Source: Bacilli bacterium (lineage in GTDB: Bacteria > Bacillota_I > Bacilli_A > RF39 > UBA660). From it: a stretch of DNA of 58,113 bases. Every line of letters begins with the position of its first letter. The first letter of the stretch is position 1. Of the stretch, positions 37,607-46,765 are shown in pieces. The notes below the pieces were generated by a model. The model made no database searches. It was not told the DNA's origin and saw only the letters and a list, made by a program, of their open reading frames with translations. The DNA is taken from positions 1 through 58,113 of the forward strand of contig JAFURK010000034.1 of the NCBI GenBank assembly GCA_017480975.1. Direction: 5' to 3'. The translations under genes and the position numbers were made by a program.

Positions 37607-38584
37607 TTAATCAATACTTCTATACAATCCTAATTTATTTAAAATGGGAAATAAAATCTCCAAATTATCTAACCTATCATTCAAAGGAGGTAACACTCCA
37701 AAAAAATTAATCCCTGTTTCAAAACTCAATTGTTTAACATCTTTATTACTCAATAAGGAACGATTTAAAATTACTTTTTGATCAGCAATTTTATTAAAAC
37801 AACGATTGTCTAACATCACCGCCTTATTAATCATTAAAGTTGAGGATTCCATTAAAAAAACAACATCAGAACAAACACTATAAACGGTAGCAAGATCCAA
37901 ATCATTTAAATCAATTAAAAGAACATTAACGCCTTTATATTTTAATAACAAATTATTTAATTCATTAGCTTTACAACTAATCATATCTTTATCATTAAAA
38001 AACATAAAATCTCGTTTATTAATTTCTATTGCTACAGTATAATAATTTTTTGATAACTGTTTCTTTAACATATAAATTAAACTAGTAGCTCCCGCATGAC
38101 TAGTAAAATTTTTTATTCCAATAATTTTAACTCCAGAATCGACTACATCGAAATTTTTATCAACACCGCCAACTTCAGGTGTCATCACCATAGAATACTC
38201 ATCAATTTTTTGTAAATGAGCTACATCCTTGTAACTATTAGGATTATCATATAAATATTTTAATTCATCTTCAGTTCGAGCAAAATTATAAATTCCCATA
38301 CTAATTAATTTAGAAATATAAGAATCAGAATTAACAACATTATTATCATTAGGTAAAAGTAATATTATTTTACTAACATCTAAACCTATAGATAAAGCCT
38401 TTAAATTATTAACATTAGTATAATCTTTAATTGATGTAATATCTAAAAACATTCTATTAAAGAAAAAATTAGAAAAAGACTGCACAATCTCATCAACAGT
38501 AAACTCTCCCGTAATAGACTTAATAACATCAATATCTAAATTAACAAATTTTTTACCATTCAAATTACTAACAATGACATTCAC
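37607..38584 (-). CDS. TadZ/CpaE-like protein: pseudo-receiver N-domain plus MinD/ParA-like domain with a degenerate Walker A
   Basis: 325 aa. The C-terminal half follows the MinD/ParA template: VKIIGIKNFTSHAGATSLIYML ... VLLIDLND ... DVVFLMESS ... VILNRS ... GVLPP. The P-loop reads SHAGATS instead of KGGxGKT. Confidence 0.55.
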   Translation of the reverse strand: MNVIVSNLNGKKFVNLDIDVIKSITGEFTVDEIVQSFSNFFFNRMFLDITSIKDYTNVNNLKALSIGLDVSKIILLLPNDNNVVNSDSYISKLISMGIYNFARTEDELKYLYDNPNSYKDVAHLQKIDEYSMVMTPEVGGVDKNFDVVDSGVKIIGIKNFTSHAGATSLIYMLKKQLSKNYYTVAIEINKRDFMFFNDKDMISCKANELNNLLLKYKGVNVLLIDLNDLDLATVYSVCSDVVFLMESSTLMINKAVMLDNRCFNKIADQKVILNRSLLSNKDVKQLSFETGINFFGVLPPLNDRLDNLEILFPILNKLGLYRSID

Positions 38585-38599
38585 TATTCTGCCTCCACT

Positions 38600-39001
38600 C
38601 TATGCGTTATTTATAATTTTTGTCTCACCACCAATAGGTATCGCAATACCTACATTAAACAAAGGAAAATCCATAACAATATAAGCAAAAACTTTATAAT
38701 AAGAACCACTATTCTTTGAAACTATACAAACACCATGCTCAGTTAAATTACCACCTTGAGAATTGCAATGTTCTAATACTTTAGGATACCTATCCTTCGG
38801 ATAAGAATATGCTACCTCATATAAATAAGCATCAATTTCCTCAACAGTATACCCTTTATTATGCTCTATGTAATTGACAACACCATTCTTCACTCTAAAT
38901 GTTTTTGCAAAACTAATTGAAACAGTCATAAAACAAATAAATATAACAAAAAAAGTCAAAATAATAGTTATAATAAAAGAACCACCAAAAGCATCTTTCA
39001 T
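38600..39001 (-). CDS. TadE-like prepilin / minor pilin candidate (paralog 2)
   Basis: 133 aa. It begins MKDAFG-GSFIITIILTFFVIFICFMTV, a short charged leader ending in Gly followed by a hydrophobic helix. It is a paralog of 39034-39459, with shared blocks FRVKNGV, YYKV..Y.V.DFP.FN and IPI.GET. Confidence 0.55.
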   Translation of the reverse strand: MKDAFGGSFIITIILTFFVIFICFMTVSISFAKTFRVKNGVVNYIEHNKGYTVEEIDAYLYEVAYSYPKDRYPKVLEHCNSQGGNLTEHGVCIVSKNSGSYYKVFAYIVMDFPLFNVGIAIPIGGETKIINNA

Positions 39002-39033
39002 CTTAAATCACCACCAAATAATAATAGAACATG

Positions 39034-39459
39034 TTAATAAGGTAAAACAATAACCTCTGTCTCGCCAGAAATTGGGATAACTGGATTATAATTAAAGAAC
39101 GGAAAATCAATAACTAAATAAAGAATAACTTTATAATATACTTCATTAGAACTAACTTCATTTCTAATAATACAAGCACCATTTTCAGAATAAAATCCAG
39201 ATTTAGAATCGCAATTACTTTTAGCACTAGGATATTGACTAGCCGGATAATTATAAGAAAAATTGCTTAAATAATTGTTAATATCATCCTCACTATCACT
39301 ACTACTATCATACTGCATTTGTTCCAAAATATCAATTACGCCATTCTTTACTCTAAAAACTCTCGCATAACTGGCAGCAATAGTCATGAAAGATACAAAA
39401 GCAACAATAAAAATTATAATAAGTTTAAACATAAAAGTACTTCCAAATGCATCTCTCAT
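39034..39459 (-). CDS. TadE-like prepilin / minor pilin candidate (paralog 1)
   Basis: The start is moved to the ATG at 39459 (GGTGAT SD), giving 141 aa. It begins MRDAFG-STFMFKLIIIFIVAFVSFMTI. Confidence 0.55.
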   Translation of the reverse strand: MRDAFGSTFMFKLIIIFIVAFVSFMTIAASYARVFRVKNGVIDILEQMQYDSSSDSEDDINNYLSNFSYNYPASQYPSAKSNCDSKSGFYSENGACIIRNEVSSNEVYYKVILYLVIDFPFFNYNPVIPISGETEVIVLPY

Positions 39460-39564
39460 CACTATCACCAACCTCAAAAAAAATAATTACAATCCTATTA
39501 ATAGATATTCCTAAATAAGACATACAAAAATAATTCTAACTAACCAATCCTATTATTTGCTTCT

Positions 39565-39741
39565 TTATAAATTTTGATTAGTACCATCAACATATTCAAT
39601 ATTATAACTAGTAAGATTGCTCCATTGATTTTCAACATATTTTTGAGCAAGTGGAACTAAAAATCTTACAACTCCAGCTATCAAAGCAATTGCCAAAATG
39701 GTAACTACTACCATACTTAATTCACCTGTAGATTCTTTCAC
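39565..39741 (-). CDS. Flp-like major pilin candidate (58 aa), not in the ORF track
   Basis: Minus strand reads GGAGG, 8 nt, then a GTG start. It encodes MKESTGELSMVVVTILAIALIAGVVRFLVPLAQKYVENQWSNLTSYNIEYVDGTNQNL, ending in TAA at 39565-39567. The short polar leader ends in Gly and is followed by a hydrophobic helix of about 20 aa. Its position directly after the platform genes is where flp sits in Tad loci. Confidence 0.6.
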   Translation of the reverse strand: MKESTGELSMVVVTILAIALIAGVVRFLVPLAQKYVENQWSNLTSYNIEYVDGTNQNL

Positions 39742-39778
39742 CTAAATCACCTCCTTTAATTGCAAATACTTCTATAAA

Positions 39779-40573
39779 TTAAATACTAGAAAAAGACATT
39801 AACATAGAAACTAAAAGTAATATCATACCCCCGCCACCAGTAACAACTAACATTACCATAGTCATACTTTCCATTTTACTTAACCTATTTTTATATTTTT
39901 GTTCCCTAGATTTTTGTTGTAAACTAGAAACACTTTTAGAAAATGATATTAACTGAGTATGTTTTTTTTCTTGCTCCCCTAAACTTAAACGATAAAGTAA
40001 TCTCATCATCCTAACAGAATCTCTAACCGGATACATAGTTGCAAAATCCATATAAGGTTGAACTGAAGAATCACCAGCTTCAATCTTAGCAACCATAGCT
40101 TTCAATCCAGGCTTAAAAACTTCCGGAGCATCTTCAATACTTCTAGCAAGCGCAACTGGAACAGTATAATGTTGAATCAAAACTTCTAACCCTTTTAAAT
40201 AATAAGGAAGCAAAGAATCAACTTCATTCAAATGATTTTTATAATAAGTTTTCAAATTAAAATATTGTAATTTAAAAACTAAAAAACCAATAAGCAAACT
40301 AATTATTATATTTAAAAATGATAAACTAGAAATAAAGAAAAACATACATAAAATACTAACTAAAAAACCATTACGTACTCTTTTCATAAAAACAGCATCA
40401 ACATCATAAACTGCATCACCGTATTTAGATAAAAGTAAAAATTCATAATCACTTTCCTTTAACAAATTAAATAAGTCTTTATTATCTGCAACAAATTTTC
40501 CTGTACTAATTTTACCGCTGTAAAATAGTACTCCAAAAATAATTACACCTACTAATAATATCTCTATATACAT
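39779..40573 (-). CDS. tadC: Tad pilus platform protein, GspF/T2SSF-like (TadC-like)
   Basis: 264 aa. The topology (N-terminal TM, cytoplasmic helical domain, C-terminal TMs) fits T2SSF. Its ATG shares one base with the stop of the preceding paralogous gene. Confidence 0.65.
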   Translation of the reverse strand: MYIEILLVGVIIFGVLFYSGKISTGKFVADNKDLFNLLKESDYEFLLLSKYGDAVYDVDAVFMKRVRNGFLVSILCMFFFISSLSFLNIIISLLIGFLVFKLQYFNLKTYYKNHLNEVDSLLPYYLKGLEVLIQHYTVPVALARSIEDAPEVFKPGLKAMVAKIEAGDSSVQPYMDFATMYPVRDSVRMMRLLYRLSLGEQEKKHTQLISFSKSVSSLQQKSREQKYKNRLSKMESMTMVMLVVTGGGGMILLLVSMLMSFSSI

Positions 40574-41472
40574 TACTCAGCACCTACATTCTCATTATAA
40601 TATTTTTCCCCTTTAAGAAGAAAAAATGTATTTACAAGCACTAAAATATGTAACAAAACAACAATAATCGGATTATCTAACATAGCAATATAGCTATCAA
40701 CTCCTAGCAATAACTGAATAAGCATAACAATTCCATATAATGCAACACCAAATAAAAGAAATTGTTTGTGAAATTCAGCCCTATCCATTCTATCTCGATA
40801 AACTCCTTCTACTAATACGTCAATATCATTTAACATATTATCAAAAGTTTCCTCTGTATCCTTGGCACCTTCTTTGGTAACTTGTAAAAATAATTGATGC
40901 ATATTCTTTACCATAAAGAAAGGATATTTAGTATTCATATAAACTATCGAATCATTAACCTCCCCCTTCTCATATGATAAAGCTATCATAGTTTTAACAT
41001 CAGTTAAAACAGGATCTTCTAAAACACCAGATTCAACTACGCCTTCTAATGATTTTATAAATGCCTGAGTACTAGCAAATTCCATTATCGTATTTGTAAC
41101 ATAAACTTGAATTTGTTCAAAAATATATTCACTATATTGCCTCTTTGAACGCAAATAAGTAATGTATGGAATAAATGATATAGCAATAATTGCATAAACA
41201 ATTGAAACAAGCAAACTATAGAAATACATATAACCAACAACCCCTGCAATGCCAGCAAACAAAACTAACTGCGTAATATATTGTCTTGGAGTATAATCCA
41301 TTCCTAACTCTTTAATTTTCTTTCGCATTTCTTTATAAGAATAAGGTGCATATTTTCCATAAATATTATTAGCTTGTTCAGTAATAAACTTATAAACACC
41401 ATTTCCAGTACTTGAACGATAAGTAACAATAAATATTAATACAACACCAACTAGTAATACTGCTATTAACAC
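40573..41472 (-). CDS. tadB: Tad pilus platform protein, GspF/T2SSF-like (TadB-like)
   Basis: 299 aa with a GTG start (GAGGTGA SD). The topology matches its downstream partner, and it lies immediately after the secretion ATPase. Confidence 0.65.
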   Translation of the reverse strand: MLIAVLLVGVVLIFIVTYRSSTGNGVYKFITEQANNIYGKYAPYSYKEMRKKIKELGMDYTPRQYITQLVLFAGIAGVVGYMYFYSLLVSIVYAIIAISFIPYITYLRSKRQYSEYIFEQIQVYVTNTIMEFASTQAFIKSLEGVVESGVLEDPVLTDVKTMIALSYEKGEVNDSIVYMNTKYPFFMVKNMHQLFLQVTKEGAKDTEETFDNMLNDIDVLVEGVYRDRMDRAEFHKQFLLFGVALYGIVMLIQLLLGVDSYIAMLDNPIIVVLLHILVLVNTFFLLKGEKYYNENVGAE

Positions 41473-41476
41473 ATAA

Positions 41477-42808
41477 TCACCTCATTCCACTCTGACTATC
41501 ATTAAGACCATTATACAACATTTTTTCAGAATTAACAATATTAATATCTGAAAAATTTGAACTTAAATTAGAATTGCTTTGCGGATAAACACTTGAATTT
41601 TGAGAATAAATTTGTGGATTTTGAGAATAAATACCAGTATTTACACCAGCTAACTGTGAATAATTAGTATTAATGTTTTGAGAAGAAACTTGTGGATTCA
41701 CCCCAATATTTACCATATTGTTATTATTCATATTAGGGTTTACCTCTTTAAATTGTTCCTTAACTAATATATCAGCTTGCATAGAAACACCTTGACTTTC
41801 CAAATAACCTAATAAATACTTAGTTGGATTATTTATGGTGACATTTCCATCTGGAGTTTTTTTATACAAAATCTTATAATCTGGTTGATTATGGTCATCA
41901 ACAAAAAATTCAACAACCTCAGCAACTTCTCTTTTAAATCTCTGTAATTCAGGACTATAATATCCTTTTATATGCACACCTAATTGCACATATCTATGAA
42001 TACTTCTTAAAAATTGATCCATATCTATACTTGATTCAAGTAAACTATACAAACGACTAGGAATAGATTCAGCCTTATCAGCATGTATAGTTGAAAGTAT
42101 ATTATGACCAGAAGAAATAGAATCACGAACGGCCATAACTGCTTCAGCACTTCTAACCTCAGATAATAGTATCCACCTAGGATTTTGTCTCATACAAGTA
42201 ACCAAAACATCTGCATAACTTGCAATATTATTAGTTTTCATAGCTACAATATCCCGTTCAGGAAATATCTTATCCAAATGAAGTTCTAAAGTATCCTCAA
42301 TAGTAATAATCTTTTCATTATACTTAGTATGTGCTGCCATATACTTTACAAACTCAGTCTTACCACTACCAGTTTCTCCACTAACTAAAATATTACAATG
42401 GCCTTCTACACATTTTAACAGAAAATCATGAATATCTAACCTAATATAATCTTCTTGAATTATTTTATCTTTCTCTAATCTAATTTTAGCAGGAGTCTTA
42501 CGAATTAAAACTGCAATTCCATTACGAGCAATAGATTCATGAACAAAGTTCATACGCAATTCAGCACTTTCAGCATCCAAAAATGGATTGGCCATATTAA
42601 ATGACTTTCCCATCGAATTAGCACATTGAAAGGCCATTTTTTCCATAAAAGTATTATTTAAAGCAGGATTTTCAACTCTAAAAACTCCTTTAGACAATGT
42701 CTTTAACCAAACTTGTCCTCCATTACTATAGGAAATATCTGTTACATCATCATTATTCAAATATTCTTGAATTGGTCCAAAATCAACTTGTGTAAATTCA
42801 TTTTTCAT
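41477..42808 (-). CDS. tadA: CpaF/TadA-family type II/IV secretion ATPase with a C-terminal N/Q/S-rich extension
   Basis: 443 aa. Motifs: Walker A VSGETGSGKTE, Asp box ITIEDTLEL, Walker B RQNPRWILLSEVR and His box ILSTIHA. The last roughly 87 aa are low complexity (IYSQNPQIYSQNSSVYPQSNSN). Confidence 0.85.
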   Translation of the reverse strand: MKNEFTQVDFGPIQEYLNNDDVTDISYSNGGQVWLKTLSKGVFRVENPALNNTFMEKMAFQCANSMGKSFNMANPFLDAESAELRMNFVHESIARNGIAVLIRKTPAKIRLEKDKIIQEDYIRLDIHDFLLKCVEGHCNILVSGETGSGKTEFVKYMAAHTKYNEKIITIEDTLELHLDKIFPERDIVAMKTNNIASYADVLVTCMRQNPRWILLSEVRSAEAVMAVRDSISSGHNILSTIHADKAESIPSRLYSLLESSIDMDQFLRSIHRYVQLGVHIKGYYSPELQRFKREVAEVVEFFVDDHNQPDYKILYKKTPDGNVTINNPTKYLLGYLESQGVSMQADILVKEQFKEVNPNMNNNNMVNIGVNPQVSSQNINTNYSQLAGVNTGIYSQNPQIYSQNSSVYPQSNSNLSSNFSDINIVNSEKMLYNGLNDSQSGMR

Positions 42809-42817
42809 CTATATCAC

Positions 42818-43651
42818 CTATTGATTATTAGTTTCATTATTACTTACTTCATCAGAAGTACTAGATAAAATTTCATCAACTGATACCATTTCAGTTTTTT
42901 CATTAATAAAATCTTGAATATCCTTACTACTAACAAAAACAGCATCCTCAGCAGTTACTTCTTGAGTATTAGGAACCAAAATTAATTCAACATCATAGCT
43001 ACCAGCTAAATATATAGCTTTTCTAAATAACAAATGCATATCTTCAGGCAAAGCAAATAACATATATGCCGGAGTTCTAGCTTCTTGTGAATTTTCAAAA
43101 ACATGACGTCCAGATGAATCCTTAACATCCAAAATTTTTATATTACTTAAAAATTTACCAAACATAATAGTATTTTCATCACTTCTAGCTTTAAAATAAA
43201 TATTAATATAATCATCTGGCATCATACTGTTAGCATATGTACTATCCATATTAACCTTATAACTAATAACAGTCTCATTCTCAGCTACATCTAGAAAAGA
43301 AGAATTCGGTAATGTTGCAGACTCAACAACTAAATCAGTATAAAATATACTACCTTCAGCTATTACTGTATTGTAATCAGGATATTTCCCAATAATGTCT
43401 TCTCCACTTCTATAATAACTTCCTACCAAAAATGAAGTTGGAACATTCATATAAGAAATCATATCAGAAGTAATCTCAGTTCTAGGTTGAATAGTCTGAT
43501 TAGCATAAGGAACTTTAGTTAAAGCAACTTTTTTATTAATAGTAGAACTATAACCAAAATATAAAATTAAAATACACAAAAGAACCCCTAAGATGGTAAC
43601 AGTATTTTTATTACCAACAAATTTTTTTATAGAACTAGATAAATTACTCAT
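42818..43651 (-). CDS. cpaB: CpaB/RcpC-like pilus assembly protein (N-terminal TM plus SAF domain)
   Basis: 277 aa. It has a TM (VTILGVLLCILILYF). The SAF-like segment is KVPYANQTIQPRTEITSDMISYMNVP ... IIGKYPDYNTVIAEGSIFYTDLV. Confidence 0.6.
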   Translation of the reverse strand: MSNLSSSIKKFVGNKNTVTILGVLLCILILYFGYSSTINKKVALTKVPYANQTIQPRTEITSDMISYMNVPTSFLVGSYYRSGEDIIGKYPDYNTVIAEGSIFYTDLVVESATLPNSSFLDVAENETVISYKVNMDSTYANSMMPDDYINIYFKARSDENTIMFGKFLSNIKILDVKDSSGRHVFENSQEARTPAYMLFALPEDMHLLFRKAIYLAGSYDVELILVPNTQEVTAEDAVFVSSKDIQDFINEKTEMVSVDEILSSTSDEVSNNETNNQ

Positions 43652-43681
43652 TTAAATCACCCTTTCATACTTTTATTAATC

Positions 43682-44164
43682 TTAATTCCTAAGTTCTAAA
43701 ATTCCGCTAAGATTATTAACTAAATTAAACGAAGATTCATCACCACTAGTCGTCAAAACATAATCTTGAGTCTTACCAGTAATGACTACTGTAGCCTTTG
43801 GTGGCATCTCAATGATGTCATAAAATTGAATATTATATTCACTAACATCTCCCATTACACTAGCAGCAAAACGTCTAGTAAAATTTTCAACAAATTTTTG
43901 TTCAATAATTTTTAAATCATCATCGCCACATGCTTCTACAGTCTCAATAGTACCTTCATTGTTGAAAACCTCAGCTTTACCTTCTGAATCTCCAATTCTA
44001 TAACATACTAAATCAACCGACTCTAACATTGCAGCTTCCATTGCCTCTTTCAATACATAGTACTCAGATTCATTGTTAACTGTAATATCCTGAAACATAA
44101 CAATCAATATAAAACCTAACATCCCAAATAATATAAAACCTAAACTTAAATAAGCATATTTCAT
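43682..44164 (-). CDS. N-terminally anchored protein of unknown family (possible pseudopilin or assembly factor)
   Basis: 160 aa. It begins MKYAYLSLG-FILFGMLGFILIVMF and is followed by a soluble domain. I recognise no motif. Confidence 0.45.
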   Translation of the reverse strand: MKYAYLSLGFILFGMLGFILIVMFQDITVNNESEYYVLKEAMEAAMLESVDLVCYRIGDSEGKAEVFNNEGTIETVEACGDDDLKIIEQKFVENFTRRFAASVMGDVSEYNIQFYDIIEMPPKATVVITGKTQDYVLTTSGDESSFNLVNNLSGILELRN

Positions 44165-44182
44165 TTAAAATCACCACCACCA

Positions 44183-46765
44183 TTATTTAGTTGCATCACA
44201 AGCTGTAGAAAAAGTTCCAACTGGACAATAACTATTATCTATCCCTAATTTAGTCTTAAAATATCCAGAGAACTTACTAGTTATAAATTCATTACTACCT
44301 GTTTTAGTAATTGTTTGCATACTAGCATAACTAGAATCATTTGAATAATCATTCAATTCATTTATTCCTAACTTATCTCCAGAACTACCACCTTTGGCAA
44401 TTGTTACTTCATATAAAGGTTGACCACTATAATAAGCATCATAAGTACTCTTTAATCTAGTTTGATTATTTCCATCCGCCCACCATACTTGCCAATTTAC
44501 AGGAATAGAAGATGTATTTTTAAATGGTTTTTCAACATCAATAGAACGATAATTATAAGTTAATGCAATTTTATCTCCATCTCCATCGCCATCTTCATCT
44601 TTATAATAACTGTCATTAACATTAACATCACATGTTCCATTTAATTTCCAATCAAATTCAGAATACTCAACTAACAAACTAGGATTAATATTTTCAGCCA
44701 AATTAAACGGAAAATCTTCATCATAAACCCATTTAAAATCAACATAAAACCTTTGACCAGTCGCAACAGATTTCTCTTTCAAATCCTGTGTTGCATCCTC
44801 AGCCTTTTTTATATATTCAGCTTTACCAGCTTCATTACCTGTGATATAGATATAAGAATCAGCTAAACTATACGAATACTTATTTGTTGTATATTTACCA
44901 ACATTATTTGAACCATCACGAATAATATCCCTCTCTGGCGAAGTTTCATCCTTTTTCCAACTGCCATCAACCTCATAACCAGGATTATTTACATCACAGC
45001 TAGAAATATCATTACCATTGCAAGATTTATATTTTATATTTGAAATTGGATCACCATCTTCGACACCATCTTTAATCTTTTTCTGAACTTCTAAATCAAT
45101 CACCTCAAAAGCTGCTTCAGATATTCCAATAAATCCAGAACTACTTCCATCACTCTTAGTATATTTTGCTTTCGTATTATCATCTAAATAAACCGTTTGA
45201 GTAGAACACGAACCATTAGAATATACAGTTGTTTCATACTTATAATAAGGTATACCACTTTTAGTTTGTAAAGCATTTACCCAAGTAACCGTATTGTTAT
45301 AAAAAGTACCTTCTAACCCAAAACCTTTTCCAGCATAGATACCAGTACTATTATCAAAACCAGTTAACTCACCAAAATTAAATTCTGCCTCTTGTATCAA
45401 TAATACATTAATAGAAACTTTAATAGTATCAGAACCAGCACAAGTATTAAGTCTATTTTGTAATTTTACTTCACCAGATACATCTATTTTATTGTTTTTT
45501 CCTCCTATACATTGAAAATACTTACCATTAACAGGTGAACCACTACCACTTGATCCAGCATTATTTTCACAAACTACACTATTTTCTTTAACAGTACTTT
45601 TTGTTTCTCCACCAGTAAGTTGATCATAATAATCACATTCTCTTTGAACAATATTTTCTTTTAATTCTATTGTTAAACTTCCCGTAACAGATAACCAACT
45701 ACCAAATGCATAAAAAACACTACTACCATATCTATTAGATTTTACAAAACAATCATCAGTTACTTCACTAGCTTTCAAAGCATAGAGTACATCTTTCCAA
45801 CTTCTTCCAGTATCATAACTGTTTTGATAACTTCCAAGACTTCCTCGACTAGAAACTATGTAAGAGCCACTACTATTAAACACTTTATAAGTTCTACTAT
45901 TACCATCTTTACAAGTACCAGCACTAATTTTTTCACGACTAGTATTCCGGTATGCAATAGTTTCAGGAGCAATAGTAACAGAATCACTCATCCCACCAAT
46001 AGTTAACAAGAAATTTCCAACTTCATTTTCAGTGCCACAGCTTTTTTCATTAACCCAACAATTTTTTGTATATACACCTAATTCAGTCGAAAAATATGTA
46101 CCACCATATTCATCACTATGGCGATCAGAATAAAAACCGGCCTTATCATGCAAAACAATTCTAAAATGAATTTCTTCTTCACTTCCTAATTCATTAATTA
46201 ACTCATCTAAAGTAATACTAGCTCTAAACCCAACATTTTTGTAAGTACACCAAGCACCTGAAGCCCCATTAGTACAAGAATTCTTCCACTCGCTTTCTCT
46301 TACACCATCATAAGCTTTTTTACAATTTTCTTGAGCTTCAGTCGTACCATTACCATCGCTATCAGCTCTAGAACCAAAACAACGAGATTCAGACATATTT
46401 CTATCTGATTGTGTAACTCTCAGACGAACACTTTTACCAGTTACCTCATTTTCTTTGTAAGTTTTATCCCACTTTCCTACATAAGCTACCACATAAGTAT
46501 CAAAATTACCTCTTCCTCCATTAATACTACCAATATTATGTTGATGTTCAATAAAAGCATAACCATCAAAACTCAAGTTATTACCACTAATATTAAAACT
46601 TTCAACAGAATAAATAACTTTATGAGAAACATTATTTCCCCCAACAGACTCAATACACTCATCGTATGACGTACCTTCTCTACAATTATCTTGTCCTAAA
46701 ACAACATTAGGAAAAACAAACATAACCATAAACAAAAAACATATAAATTTTATCTTTTTTCTCAT
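44183..46765 (-). CDS. Large secreted Cys-containing protein of unknown family (candidate pilus-associated adhesin or substrate)
   Basis: 860 aa. The signal peptide is MRKKIKFICFLFMVMFVFPNVVLG-QD. Many Cys residues are spread through the sequence, with an acidic DEDGDGDGD patch and no C-terminal anchor. Its ATG overlaps the upstream stop by 4 nt. Confidence 0.6.
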   Translation of the reverse strand: MRKKIKFICFLFMVMFVFPNVVLGQDNCREGTSYDECIESVGGNNVSHKVIYSVESFNISGNNLSFDGYAFIEHQHNIGSINGGRGNFDTYVVAYVGKWDKTYKENEVTGKSVRLRVTQSDRNMSESRCFGSRADSDGNGTTEAQENCKKAYDGVRESEWKNSCTNGASGAWCTYKNVGFRASITLDELINELGSEEEIHFRIVLHDKAGFYSDRHSDEYGGTYFSTELGVYTKNCWVNEKSCGTENEVGNFLLTIGGMSDSVTIAPETIAYRNTSREKISAGTCKDGNSRTYKVFNSSGSYIVSSRGSLGSYQNSYDTGRSWKDVLYALKASEVTDDCFVKSNRYGSSVFYAFGSWLSVTGSLTIELKENIVQRECDYYDQLTGGETKSTVKENSVVCENNAGSSGSGSPVNGKYFQCIGGKNNKIDVSGEVKLQNRLNTCAGSDTIKVSINVLLIQEAEFNFGELTGFDNSTGIYAGKGFGLEGTFYNNTVTWVNALQTKSGIPYYKYETTVYSNGSCSTQTVYLDDNTKAKYTKSDGSSSGFIGISEAAFEVIDLEVQKKIKDGVEDGDPISNIKYKSCNGNDISSCDVNNPGYEVDGSWKKDETSPERDIIRDGSNNVGKYTTNKYSYSLADSYIYITGNEAGKAEYIKKAEDATQDLKEKSVATGQRFYVDFKWVYDEDFPFNLAENINPSLLVEYSEFDWKLNGTCDVNVNDSYYKDEDGDGDGDKIALTYNYRSIDVEKPFKNTSSIPVNWQVWWADGNNQTRLKSTYDAYYSGQPLYEVTIAKGGSSGDKLGINELNDYSNDSSYASMQTITKTGSNEFITSKFSGYFKTKLGIDNSYCPVGTFSTACDATK

